Assembly (NCBI RefSeq): GCF_009914755.1
Contig: NC_060925.1
DNA from: the human T2T-CHM13v2.0 reference genome, Homo sapiens
Length of the DNA: 64,000 nucleotides
Strand: one strand, 5' to 3'
Positions 27,001-42,900 of this stretch are shown piece by piece. Position numbers and translations under genes: made by a program. The stretch's first letter is position 1. Each line of letters opens with the position of its first letter. The notes under the pieces were generated by a model, which was given only the letters and a program-made list of their open reading frames with translations, was not told the origin of the DNA and searched no databases.

Positions 27001-30000
27001 TGACTGCAATCATCGAATGGTCTCGAATGGAATCATCTTCAAATGGAATGGAATGGAATCATCGCATAGAATCGAATGGAATTATCATCGAATGGAATCG
27101 AATGGAATCAACATCAAACGGAAAAAAACGGAATTATCGAATGGAATCGAAGAGAATCATCGAATGGACCCGAATGGAATCATCTAATGGAATGGAATGG
27201 AATAATCCATGGACTCGAATGCAATCATCATCGAATGGAATCGAATGGAATCATCGAATGGACTCGAATGGAATAATCATTGAACGGAATCGAATGGAAT
27301 CATCATCGGATGGAAATGAATGGAATCATCATCGAATGGAATCGAATAGAATTATGGAATGAAATCCAGTGTGATCATCATCGAATGGACCCGAATGGAA
27401 TCATCATCCAACGGAAGCTAATGGAATCAACATCGAATGAATCGAATGGAAACACCATCGAATTGAAACGAATGGAATTATCATGAAATTGAAATGGATG
27501 GACTCATCATCGAATGGATTCGAATGGAATCATCGAATAAAATTGATTGAAATCATCATCCAATGGAATCGAATGGTATCATTGAATGGAATCGAATGGA
27601 ATCATCATCAGATGGAAATGAATGGAATCGTCATAGGATGGAATCGAATGGATTCATTGAATGGAATCAGATGGAATCATCGAATGGACTGGAATGGAAT
27701 CATTGAATGGACTCGAAAGGGATCATTATTGAATGGAATTGAATGGAATCATCGAATGGTCTCGATTGGAATCATTATCAAATGGAATCGAATGGAATCA
27801 CCGAATAGAATCGAATGGAACAATCATCGAATGGACTCAAATGGAATTATCCTCCAATGGAATCGAATGAAATTATCGAATGCAATCGAATGGAATTATC
27901 GAATGCAATCGAATAGAATCATCGAATGGACTCGAATGGAATCATCGAATGGAATGGAATGGAACAGTCAATGAACTCGAATGGAATCATCATTGAATGG
28001 AATCGAATGGAATCATCGAGTGGAATCGAATGGAATTATGATCAAATGGAATCGAATGTAATCATCATCAAATGGAATCAAAAATAACCATCATCAATTG
28101 GTATTGAATGGAATTGTCATCAAATGGAATTCAAAGGAATCATCATCAAATGGAACCGAATGGAATCCTCATTGAATGGAAATGAAAGGGGTCATCATCT
28201 AATGGAATCGCATGGAATCATCATCAAATGGAATCGAATGGAATCATCATCAAATGGAATCTAATGGAATCATTGAACAGAATTGAATGGAATCGTCATC
28301 GAATGAATTGAATGCAATCATCGAATGGTCTCGAATGGAATCATCTTCTAATGGAAAGGAATGGAATCATCGCATAGAATCGAATGGAATTATCATCGAA
28401 TGGAATCGAATGGTATCAACACCAAACGGAAAAATACGGAATTATCGAATGGAATCGAAGAGAATCTTCGAACGGACCCGAATGGAATCATCTAATGGAA
28501 TGGAATGGAATAATCCATGGACTCGAATGCAATCATCATCGAATGGAATGGAATGGAATCATCGAATGGACTCGAATGGAATAATCATTGAACGGAATCG
28601 AATGGAATCATCATCGGATGGAAACGAATGGAATCATCATCGAATGGAAATGAAAGGAGTCATCATCTAATGGAATTGCATGGAATCATCATAAAATGGA
28701 ATCGAATGGAATCAACATCAAATGGAATCAAATGGAATCATTGAACGGAATTGAATGGAATCGTCATCGAATGAATTGACTGCAATCATCGAATGGTCTC
28801 GAATGGAATCATCTTCAAATGGAATGGAATGGAATCATCGCATAGAATCGAATGGAATTATCATCGAATGGAATCGAATGGAATCAACATCAAACGGAAA
28901 AAAACGGAATTATCGAATGGAATCGAAGAGAATCATCGAATGGACCCGAATGGAATCATCTAATGGAATGGAATGGAATAATCCATGGACTCGAATGCAA
29001 TCATCATCGAATGGAATCGAATGGAATCATCGAATGGACTCGAATGGAATAATCATTGAACGGAATCGAATGGAATCATCATCGGATGGAAATGAATGGA
29101 ATCATCATCGAATGGAATCGAATAGAATTATGGAATGAAATCCAGTGTGATCATCATCGAATGGACCTGAATGGAATCATCATCCAACGGAAGCTAATGG
29201 AATCAACATCGAATGAATCGAATGGAAACACCATCGAATTGAAACGAATGGAATTATCATGAAATGGAAATGGATGGACTCATCATCGAATGGATTCGAA
29301 TGGAATCATCGAATAAAATTGATTGAAATCATCATCCAATGGAATCGAATGGTATCATTGAATGGAAACGAATGGAATCATCATCAGATGGAAATGAATG
29401 GAATCGTCATAGAATGGAATCGAATGGATTCATTGAATGGAATCAGATGGAATCATCGAATGGACTGGAATGGAATCATTGAATGGACTCGAAAGGGATC
29501 ATTATTGAATGGAATTGAATGGAATCATCGAATGGTCTCGATTGGAATCATTATCAAATGGAATCGAATGGAATCACCGAATAGAATCGAATGGAACAAT
29601 CATCGAATGGACTCAAATGGAATTATCCTCCAATGGAATCGAATGGAATTATCGAATGCAAGCGAATGGAATTATCGAATGCAATCGAATAGAATCATCG
29701 AATGGACTCGAATGGAATCATCGAATGGAATGGAATGGAACAGTCAATGAACTCGAATGGAATCATCATTGAATGGAATCGAATGGAATCATCGAGTGGA
29801 ATCGAATGGAATTATGATCAAATGGAATCGAATGTAATCATCATCAAATGGAATCAAAAATAACCATCATCAATTGGTATTGAATGGAATTGTCATCAAA
29901 TGGAATTCAAAGGAATCATCATCAAATGGAACCGAATGGAATCCTCATTGAATGGAAATGAAAGGGGTCATCATCTAATGGAATCGCATGGAATCATCAT

Positions 30001-33000
30001 CAAATGGAATCGAATGGAATCATCATCAAATGGAATCTAATGGAATCATTGAACAGAATTGAATGGAATCGTCATCGAATGAATTGAATGCAATCATCGA
30101 ATGGTCTCGAATGGAATCATCTTCTAATGGAAAGGAATGGAATCATCGCATAGAATCGAATGGAATTATCATCGAATGGAATCGAATGGTATCAACACCA
30201 AACGGAAAAAAACGGAATTATCGAATGGAATCGAAGAGAATCTTCGAACGGACCCGAATGGAATCATCTAATGGAATGGAATGGAATAATCCATGGACTC
30301 GAATGCAATCATCATCGAATGGAATCGAATGGAGTCATCGAATGGACTCGAATGGAATAATCATTGAACGGAATCGAATGGAATCATCATCGGATGGAAA
30401 CGAATGGAATCATCATCGAATGGAAATGAAAGGAGTCATCATCTAATGGAATTGCATGGAATCATCATAAAATGGAATCGAATGGAATCAACATCAAATG
30501 GAATCAAATGGAATCATTGAACGGAATTGAATGGAATCGTCATCGAATGAATTGACTGCAATCATCGAATGGTCTCGAATGGAATCATCTTCAAATGGAA
30601 TGGAATGGAATCATCGCATAGAATCGAATGGAATTATCATCGAATGGAATCGAATGGAATCAACATCAAATGGAAAAAAACGGAATTATCGAATGGAATC
30701 GAAGAGAATCATCGAATGGACCCGAATGGAATCATCTAATGGAATGGAATGGAATAATCCATGGACTCGAATGCAATCATCATCGAATGGAATCGAATGG
30801 AATCATCGAATGGACTCGAATGGAATAATCATTGAACGGAATCGAATGGAATCATCATCGGATGGAAATGAATGGAATCATCATCGAATGGAATCGAATA
30901 TAATTATGGAATGAAATCCAGTGTGATCATCATCGAATGGACCCGAATGGAATCATCATCCAACGGAAGCTAATGGAATCAACATCGAATGAATCGAATG
31001 GAAACACCATCGAATTGAAACGAATGGAATTATCATGAAATTGAAATGGATGGACTCATCATCGAATGGATTCGAATGGAATCATCGAATAAAATTGATT
31101 GAAATCATCATCCAATGGAATCGAATGGTATCATTGAATGGAATCGAATGGAATCATCATCAGATGGAAATGAATGGAATCGTCATAGAATGGAATCGAA
31201 TGGATTCATTGAATGGAATCAGATGGAATCATCGAATGGACTGGAATGGAATCATTGAATGGACTCGAAAGGGATCATGATTGAATGGAATTGAATGGAA
31301 TCATCGAATGGTCTCGATTGGAATCATTATCAAATGGAATCGAATGGAATCACCGAATAGAATCGAATGGAACAATCATCGAATGGACTCAAATGGAATT
31401 ATCCTCAAATGGAATCGAATGGAATTATCGAATGCAATCGAATGGAATTATCGAATGCAATCGAATAGAATCATCGAATGGACTCGAATGGAATCATCGA
31501 ATGGAATGGAATGGAACAGTCAATGAACTCGAATGGAATCATCATTGATTGGAATCGAATGGAATCATCGAGTGGAATCGAATGGAATTATGATCAAATG
31601 GAATCGAATGTAATCATCATCAAATGGAATCAAAAATAACCATCATCAATTGGTATTGAATGGAATTGTCATCAAATGGAATTCAAAGAAATCATCATCA
31701 AATGGAACCGAATGGAATCCTCATTGAATGGAAATGAAAGGGGTCATCATCTAATGGAATCGCATGGAATCATCATCAAATGGAATCGAATGGAATCATC
31801 ATCAAATGGAATCTAATGGAATCATTGAACAGAATTGAATGGAATCGTCATCGAATGAATTGAATGCAATCATCGAATGGTCTCGAATGGAATCATCTTC
31901 TAATGGAAAGGAATGGAATCATCGCATAGAATCGAATGGAATTATCATCGAATGGAATCGAATGGTATCAACACCAAACGGAAAAAAACGGAATTATCGA
32001 ATGGAATCGAAGAGAATCTTCGAACGGACCCGAATGGAATCATCTAATGGAATGGAATGGAATAATCCATGGACTCGAATGCAATCATCATCGAATGGAA
32101 TCGAATGGAGTCATCGAATGGACTCGAATGGAATAATCATTGAACGGAATCGAATGGAATCATCATCGGATGGAAACGAATGGAATCATCATCGAATGGA
32201 AATGAAAGGAGTCATCATCTAATGGAATTGCATGGAATCATCATAAAATGCAATCGAATGGAATCAACATCAAATGGAATCAAATGGAATCATTGAACGG
32301 AATTGAATGGAATCGTCATCGAATGAATTGAGTGCAATCATCGAATGGTCTCGAATGGAATCATCTTCAAATGGAATGGAATGGAATCATCGCATAGAAT
32401 CGAATGGAATTATCATCGAATGGAATCGAATGGAATCAACATCAAACGGAAAAAAACAGAATTATCGTGTGGAATCTAAGAGAATCATCGAATGGACCCG
32501 AATGGAATCATCTAATGGAATGGAATGGAATAATCCATGGACTCGAATGCAATCATCATCGAATGGAATCGAATGGAATCAGCGAATGGACTCGAATGGA
32601 ATAATCATTGAACGGAATCGAATGGAATCATCATCGGATGGAAATGAATGGAATCATCATCGAATGGAATCGAATAGAATTATGGAATGAAATCCAGTGT
32701 GATCATCATCGAATGGACCCGAATGGAATCATCATCCAACGGAAGCTAATGGAATCAACATCGAATGAATCGAATGGAACCACCATCGAATTGAAACGAA
32801 TGGAATTATCATGAAATTGAAATGGATGGACACATCATCGAATGGATTCGAATGGAATCATCGAATAAAATTGATTGAAATCATCATCAAATGGAATCGA
32901 ATGGTATCATTGAATGGAATCGAATGGAATCATCATCAGATGGAAATGAATGGAATCGTCATAGAATGGAATCGAATGGATTCATTGAATGGAATCAGAT

Positions 33001-33949
33001 GGAATCATCGAATGGACTGGAATGGAATCATTGAATGGACTCGAAAGGGATCATTATTGAATGGAATTGAATGGAATCATCGAATGGTCTCGATTGGAAT
33101 CATTACCAAATGGAATCGAATGGAATCACCGAATAGAATCGAATGGAACAATCATCGAATGGACTCAAATGGAATTATCCTCAAATGGAATCGAATGGAA
33201 TTATCGAATGCAATCGAATGGAATTATCGAATGCAATCGAATAGAATCATCGAATGGACTCGAATGGAATCATCGAATGGAATGGAATGGAACAGTCAAT
33301 GAACTCGAATGGAATCATCATTGAATGGAATCGAATGGAATCATCGAGTGGAATCGAATGGAATTATGATCAAATGGAATCGAATGTATTCATCATCAAA
33401 TGGAATCAAAAATAACCATCATCAATTGGTATTGAATGGAATTGTCATCAAATGGAATTCAAAGGAATCATCATCAAATGGAACCGAATGGAATCCTCAT
33501 TGAATGGAAATGAAAGGGGTCATCATCTAATGGAATCGCATGGAATCATCATCAAATGGAATCGAATGGAATCATCATCAAATGGAATCTAATGGAATCA
33601 TTGAACAGAATTGAATGGAATCGTCATCGAATGAATTGAATGCAATCATCGAATGGTCTCGAATGGAATCATCTTCTAATGGAAAGGAATGGAATCATCG
33701 CATAGAATCGAATGGAATTATCATCGAATGGAATCGAATGGTATCAACACCAAACGGAAAAAAACGGAATTATCGAATGGAATTGAAGAGAATCTTCGAA
33801 CGGACCCGAATGGAATCATCTAATGGAATGGAATGGAATAATCCATGGACTCGAATGCAATCATCATCGAATGGAATCGAATGGAATCATCGAATGGACT
33901 CGAATGGAATAATCATTGAACGGAATCGAATGGAATCATCATCGGATGG

Positions 33950-36900
33950 AAATGAATGGAATCATCATCGAATGGAAATGAAAGGAGTCATCATCTAATG
34001 GAATTGCATGGAATCATCATAAAATGGAATCGAATGGAATCAACATCAAATGGAATCAAATGGAATCATTGAACGGAATTGAATGGAATCGTCATCGAAT
34101 GAATTGACTGCAATCATCGAATGGTCTCGAATGGAATCATCTTCAAATGGAATGGAATGGAATCATCGCATAGAATCGAATGGAATTATCATCGAATGGA
34201 ATCGAATGGAATCAACATCAAACGGAAAAAAACGGAATTATCGAATGGAATCGAAGAGAATCATCGAATGGACCCGAATGGAATCATCTAATGGAATGGA
34301 ATGGAATAATCCATGGACTCGAATGCAATCATCATCGAATGGAATCGAATGGAATCATCGAATGGACTCGAATGGAATAATCATTGAACGGAATCGAATG
34401 GAATCATCATCGGATGGAAATGAATGGAATCATCATCGAATGGAATCGAATAGAATTATGGAATGAAATCCAGTGTGATCATCATCGAATGGACCCGAAT
34501 GGAATCATCATCCAACGGAAGCTAATGGAATCAACATCGAATGAATCGAATGGAAACACCATCGAATTGAAACGAATGGAATTATCATGAAATTGAAATG
34601 GATGGACTCATCATCGAATGGATTCGAATGGAATCATCGAATAAAATTGATTGAAATCATCATCCAATGGAATCGAATGGTATCATTGAATGGAATCGAA
34701 TGGAATCATCATCAGATGGAAATGAATGGAATCGTCATAGAATGGAATCGAATGGATTCATTGAATAGAATCAGATGGAATCATCGAATGGACTGGAATG
34801 GAATCATTGAATGGACTCGAAAGGGATCATTATTGAATGGAATTGAATAGAATCATCGAATGGTCTCGATTGGAATCATTATCAAATGGAATCGAATGGA
34901 ATCACCGAATAGAATCGAATGGAACAATCATCGAATGGACTCAAATGGAATTATCCTCAAATGGAATCGAATGGAATTATCGAATGCAATCGAATGGAAT
35001 TATCGAATGCAATCGAATAGAATCATCGAATGGACTCGAATGGAATCATCGAATGGAATGGAATGGAACAGTCAATGAACTCGAATGGAATCATCATTGA
35101 ATGGAATCGAATGGAATCATCGAGTGGAATCGAATGGAATTATGATCAAATGGAATCGAATGTAATCATCATCAAATGGAATCAAAAATAACCATCATCA
35201 ATTGGTATTGAATGGAATTGTCATCAAATGGAATTCAAAGGAATCATCATCAAATGGAACCGAATGGAATCCTCATTGAATGGAAATGAAAGGGGTCATC
35301 ATCTAATGGAATCGCATGGAATCATCATCAAATGGAATCGAATGGAATCATCATCAAATGGAATCTAATGGAATCATTGAACAGAATTGAATGGAATCGT
35401 CATCGAATGAATTGAATGCAATCATCGAATGGTCTCGAATGGAATCATCTTCTAATGGAAAGGAATGGAATCATCGCATAGAATCGAATGGAATTATCAT
35501 CGAATGGAATCAAATGGTATCAACACCAAACGGAAAAAAACGGAATTATCGAATGGAATCGAAGAGAATCTTCGAACGGACCCGAATGGAATCATCTAAT
35601 GGAATGGAATGGAATAATCCATGGACTCGAATGCAATCATCATCGAATGGAATGGAATGGAATCATCGAATGGACTCGAATGGAATAATCATTGAACGGA
35701 ATCGAATGGAATCATCATCGGATGGAAACGAATGGAATCATCATCGAATGGAAATGAAAGGAGTCATCATCTAATGGAATTGCATGGAATCATCATAAAA
35801 TGGAATCGAATGGAATCAACATCAAATGGAATCAAATGGAATCATTGAACGGAATTGAATGGAATCGTCATCGAATGAATTGACTGCAATCATCGAATGG
35901 TCTCGAATGGAATCATCTTCAAATGGAATGGAATGGAATCATCGCATAGAATCGAATGGAATTATCATCGAATGGAATCGAATGGAATCAACATCAAATG
36001 GAAAAAAACGGAATTATCGAATGGAATCGAAGAGAATCATCGAATGGACCCGAATGGAATCATCTAATGGAATGGAATGGAATAATCCATGGACTCGAAT
36101 GCAATCATCATCGAATGGAATCGAATGGAATCATCGAATGGACTCGAATGGAATAATCATTGAACCGAATCGAATGGAATCATCATCGGATGGAAATGAA
36201 TGGAATCATCATCGAATGGAATCGAATAGAATTATGGAATGAAATCCAGTGTGATCATCATCGAATGGACCCGAATGGAATCATCATCCAACGGAAGCTA
36301 ATGGAATCAACATCGAATGAATCGAATGGAAACACCATCGAATTGAAACGAATGGAATTATCATGAAATGGAAATGGATGGACTCATCATCGAATGGATT
36401 CGAATGGAATCATCGAATAAAATTGATTGAAATCATCATCCAATGGAATCGAATGGTATCATTGAATGGAAACGAATGGAATCATCATCAGATGGAAATG
36501 AATGGAATCGTCATAGAATGGAATCGAATGGATTCATTGAATGGAATCAGATGGAATCATCGAATGGACTGGAATGGAATCATTGAATGGACTCGAAAGG
36601 GATCATTATTGAATGGAATTGAATAGAATCATCGAATGGTCTCGATTGGAATCATTACCAAATGGAATCGAATGGAATCACCGAATAGAATCGAATGGAA
36701 CAATCATCGAATGGACTCAAATGGAATTATCCTCAAATGGAATCGAATGGAATTATCGAATGCAATCGAATGGAATTATCGAATGCAATCGAATAGAATC
36801 ATCGAATGGACTCGAATGGAATCATCGAATGGAATGGAATGGAACAGTCAATGAACTCGAATGGAATCATCATTGAATGGAATCGAATGGAATCATCGAG

Positions 36901-39900
36901 TGGAATCGAATGGAATTATGATCAAATGGAATCGAATGTATTCATCATCAAATGGAATCAAAAATAACCATCATCAATTGGTATTGAATGGAATTGTCAT
37001 CAAATGGAATTCAAAGGAATCATCATCAAATGGAACCGAATGGAATCCTCATTGAATGGAAATGAAAGGGGTCATCATCTAATGGAATCGCATGGAATCA
37101 TCATCAAATGGAATCGAATGGAATCATCATCAAATGGAATCTAATGGAATCATTGAACAGAATTGAATGGAATCGTCATCGAATGAATTGAATGCAATCA
37201 TCGAATGGTCTCGAATGGAATCATCTTCTAATGGAAAGGAATGGAATCATCGCATAGAATCGAATGGAATTATCATCGAATGGAATCGAATGGTATCAAC
37301 ACCAAACGGAAAAAAACGGAATTATCGAATGGAATCGAAGAGAATCTTCGAACGGACCCGAATGGAATCATCTAATGGAATGGAATGGAATAATCCATGG
37401 ACTCGAATGCAATCATCATCGAATGGAATCGAATGGAATCATCGAATGGACTCGAATGGAATAATCATTGAACGGAATCGAATGGAATCATCATCGGATG
37501 GAAATGAATGGAATCATCATCGAATGGAAATGAAAGGAGTCATCATCTAATGGAATTGCATGGAATCATCATAAAATGGAATCGAATGGAATCAACATCA
37601 AATGGAATCAAATGGAATCATTGAACGGAATTGAATGGAATCGTCATCGAATGAATTGACTGCAATCATCGAATGGTCTCGAATGGAATCATCTTCAAAT
37701 GGAATGGAATGGAATCATCGCATAGAATCGAATGGAATTATCATCGAATGGAATCGAATGGAATCAACATCAAACGGAAAAAAACGGAATTATCGAATGG
37801 AATCGAAGAGAATCATCGAATGGACCCGAATGGAATCATCTAATGGAATGGAATGGAATAATCCATGGACTCGAATGCAATCATCATCGAATGGAATCGA
37901 ATGGAATCATCGAATGGACTCGAATGGAATAATCATTGAACGGAATCGAATGGAATCATCATCGGATGGAAATGAATGGAATCATCATCGAATGGAATCG
38001 AATAGAATTATGGAATGAAATCCAGTGTGATCATCATCGAATGGACCCGAATGGAATCATCATCCAACGGAAGCTAATGGAATCAACATCGAATGAATCG
38101 AATGGAAACACCATCGAATTGAAACGAATGGAATTATCATGAAATTGAAATGGATGGACTCATCATCGAATGGATTCGAATGGAATCATCGAATAAAATT
38201 GATTGAAATCATCATCCAATGGAATCGAATGGTATCATTGAATGGAATCGAATGGAATCATCATCAGATGGAAATGAATGGAATCGTCATAGAATGGAAT
38301 CGAATGGATTCATTGAATAGAATCAGATGGAATCATCGAATGGACTGGAATGGAATCATTGAATGGACTCGAAAGGGATCATTATTGAATGGAATTGAAT
38401 AGAATCATCGAATGGTCTCGATTGGAATCATTATCAAATGGAATCGAATGGAATCACCGAATAGAATCGAATGGAACAATCATCGAATGGACTCAAATGG
38501 AATTATCCTCAAATGGAATCGAATGGAATTATCGAATGCAATCGAATGGAATTATCGAATGCAATCGAATAGAATCATCGAATGGACTCGAATGGAATCA
38601 TCGAATGGAATGGAATGGAACAGTCAATGAACTCGAATGGAATCATCATTGAATGGAATCGAATGGAATCATCGAGTGGAATCGAATGGAATTATGATCA
38701 AATGGAATCGAATGTAATCATCATCAAATGGAATCAAAAATAACCATCATCAATTGGTATTGAATGGAATTGTCATCAAATGGAATTCAAAGGAATCATC
38801 ATCAAATGGAACCGAATGGAATCCTCATTGAATGGAAATGAAAGGGGTCATCATCTAATGGAATCGCATGGAATCATCATCAAATGGAATCGAATGGAAT
38901 CATCATCAAATGGAATCTAATGGAATCATTGAACAGAATTGAATGGAATCGTCATCGAATGAATTGAATGCAATCATCGAATGGTCTCGAATGGAATCAT
39001 CTTCTAATGGAAAGGAATGGAATCATCGCATAGAATCGAATGGAATTATCATCGAATGGAATCAAATGGTATCAACACCAAACGGAAAAAAACGGAATTA
39101 TCGAATGGAATCGAAGAGAATCTTCGAACGGACCCGAATGGAATCATCTAATGGAATGGAATGGAATAATCCATGGACTCGAATGCAATCATCATCGAAT
39201 GGAATGGAATGGAATCATCGAATGGACTCGAATGGAATAATCATTGAACGGAATCGAATGGAATCATCATCGGATGGAAATGAATGGAATCATCATCGAA
39301 TGGAAATGAAAGGAGTCATCATCTAATGGAATTGCATGGAATCATCATAAAATGGAATCGAATGGAATCAACATCAAATGGAATCAAATGGAATCATTGA
39401 ACGGAATTGAATGGAATCGTCATCGAATGAATTGACTGCAATCATCGAATGGTCTCGAATGGAATCATCTTCAAATGGAATGGAATGGAATCATCGCATA
39501 GAATCGAATGGAATTATCATCGAATGGAATCGAATGGAATCAACATCAAACGGAAAAAAACGGAATTATCGAATGGAATCGAAGAGAATCATCGAATGGA
39601 CCCGAATGGAATCATCTAATGGAATGGAATGGAATAATCCATGGACTCGAATGCAATCATCATCGAATGGAATCGAATGGAATCATCGAATGGACTCGAA
39701 TGGAATAATCATTGAACGGAATCGAATGGAATCATCATCGGATGGAAATGAATGGAATCATCATCGAATGGAATCGAATAGAATTATGGAATGAAATCCA
39801 GTGTGATCATCATCGAATGGACCCGAATGGAATCATCATCCAACGGAAGCTAATGGAATCAACATCGAATGAATCGAATGGAAACACCATCGAATTGAAA

Positions 39901-42900
39901 CGAATGGAATTATCATGAAATTGAAATGGATGGACTCATCATCGAATGGATTCGAATGGAATCATCGAATAAAATTGATTGAAATCATCATCCAATGGAA
40001 TCGAATGGTATCATTGAATGGAATCGAATGGAATCATCATCAGATGGAAATGAATGGAATCGTCATAGAATGGAATCGAATGGATTCATTGAATAGAATC
40101 AGATGGAATCATCGAATGGACTGGAATGGAATCATTGAATGGACTCGAAAGGGATCATTATTGAATGGAATTGAATAGAATCATCGAATGGTCTCGATTG
40201 GAATCATTATCAAATGGAATCGAATGGAATCACCGAATAGAATCGAATGGAACAATCATCGAATGGACTCAAATGGAATTATCCTCAAATGGAATCGAAT
40301 GGAATTATCGAATGCAATCGAATGGAATTATCGAATGCAATCGAATAGAATCATCGAATGGACTCGAATGGAATCATCGAATGGAATGGAATGGAACAGT
40401 CAATGAACTCGAATGGAATCATCATTGAATGGAATCGAATGGAATCATCGAGTGGAATCGAATGGAATTATGATCAAATGGAATCGAATGTAATCATCAT
40501 CAAATGGAATCAAAAATAACCATCATCAATTGGTATTGAATGGAATTGTCATCAAATGGAATTCAAAGGAATCATCATCAAATGGAACCGAATGGAATCC
40601 TCATTGAATGGAAATGAAAGGGGTCATCATCTAATGGAATCGCATGGAATCATCATCAAATGGAATCGAATGGAATCATCATCAAATGGAATCTAATGGA
40701 ATCATTGAACAGAATTGAATGGAATCGTCATCGAATGAATTGAATGCAATCATCGAATGGTCTCGAATGGAATCATCTTCTAATGGAAAGGAATGGAATC
40801 ATCGCATAGAATCGAATGGAATTATCATCGAATGGAATCAAATGGTATCAACACCAAACGGAAAAAAACGGAATTATCGAATGGAATCGAAGAGAATCTT
40901 CGAACGGACCCGAATGGAATCATCTAATGGAATGGAATGGAATAATCCATGGACTCGAATGCAATCATCATCGAATGGAATGGAATGGAATCATCGAATG
41001 GACTCGAATGGAATAATCATTGAACGGAATCGAATGGAATCATCATCGGATGGAAACGAATGGAATCATCATCGAATGGAAATGAAAGGAGTCATCATCT
41101 AATGGAATTGCATGGAATCATCATAAAATGGAATCGAATGGAATCAACATCAAATGGAATCAAATGGAATCATTGAACGGAATTGAATGGAATCGTCATC
41201 GAATGAATTGACTGCAATCATCGAATGGTCTCGAATGGAATCATCTTCAAATGGAATGGAATGGAATCATCGCATAGAATCGAATGGAATTATCATCGAA
41301 TGGAATCGAATGGAATCAACATCAAATGGAAAAAAACGGAATTATCGAATGGAATCGAAGAGAATCATCGAATGGACCCGAATGGAATCATCTAATGGAA
41401 TGGAATGGAATAATCCATGGACTCGAATGCAATCATCATCGAATGGAATCGAATGGAATCATCGAATGGACTCGAATGGAATAATCATTGAACCGAATCG
41501 AATGGAATCATCATCGGATGGAAATGAATGGAATCATCATCGAATGGAATCGAATAGAATTATGGAATGAAATCCAGTGTGATCATCATCGAATGGACCC
41601 GAATGGAATCATCATCCAACGGAAGCTAATGGAATCAACATCGAATGAATCGAATGGAAACACCATCGAATTGAAACGAATGGAATTATCATGAAATGGA
41701 AATGGATGGACTCATCATCGAATGGATTCGAATGGAATCATCGAATAAAATTGATTGAAATCATCATCCAATGGAATCGAATGGTATCATTGAATGGAAA
41801 CGAATGGAATCATCATCAGATGGAAATGAATGGAATCGTCATAGAATGGAATCGAATGGATTCATTGAATGGAATCAGATGGAATCATCGAATGGACTGG
41901 AATGGAATCATTGAATGGACTCGAAAGGGATCATTATTGAATGGAATTGAATAGAATCATCGAATGGTCTCGATTGGAATCATTACCAAATGGAATCGAA
42001 TGGAATCACCGAATAGAATCGAATGGAACAATCATCGAATGGACTCAAATGGAATTATCCTCAAATGGAATCGAATGGAATTATCGAATGCAATCGAATG
42101 GAATTATCGAATGCAATCGAATAGAATCATCGAATGGACTCGAATGGAATCATCGAATGGAATGGAATGGAACAGTCAATGAACTCGAATGGAATCATCA
42201 TTGAATGGAATCGAATGGAATCATCGAGTGGAATCGAATGGAATTATGATCAAATGGAATCGAATGTATTCATCATCAAATGGAATCAAAAATAACCATC
42301 ATCAATTGGTATTGAATGGAATTGTCATCAAATGGAATTCAAAGGAATCATCATCAAATGGAACCGAATGGAATCCTCATTGAATGGAAATGAAAGGGGT
42401 CATCATCTAATGGAATCGCATGGAATCATCATCAAATGGAATCGAATGGAATCATCATCAAATGGAATCTAATGGAATCATTGAACAGAATTGAATGGAA
42501 TCGTCATCGAATGAATTGAATGCAATCATCGAATGGTCTCGAATGGAATCATCTTCTAATGGAAAGGAATGGAATCATCGCATAGAATCGAATGGAATTA
42601 TCATCGAATGGAATCGAATGGTATCAACACCAAACGGAAAAAAACGGAATTATCGAATGGAATCGAAGAGAATCTTCGAACGGACCCGAATGGAATCATC
42701 TAATGGAATGGAATGGAATAATCCATGGACTCGAATGCAATCATCATCGAATGGAATCGAATGGAATCATCGAATGGACTCGAATGGAATAATCATTGAA
42801 CGGAATCGAATGGAATCATCATCGGATGGAAATGAATGGAATCATCATCGAATGGAAATGAAAGGAGTCATCATCTAATGGAATTGCATGGAATCATCAT

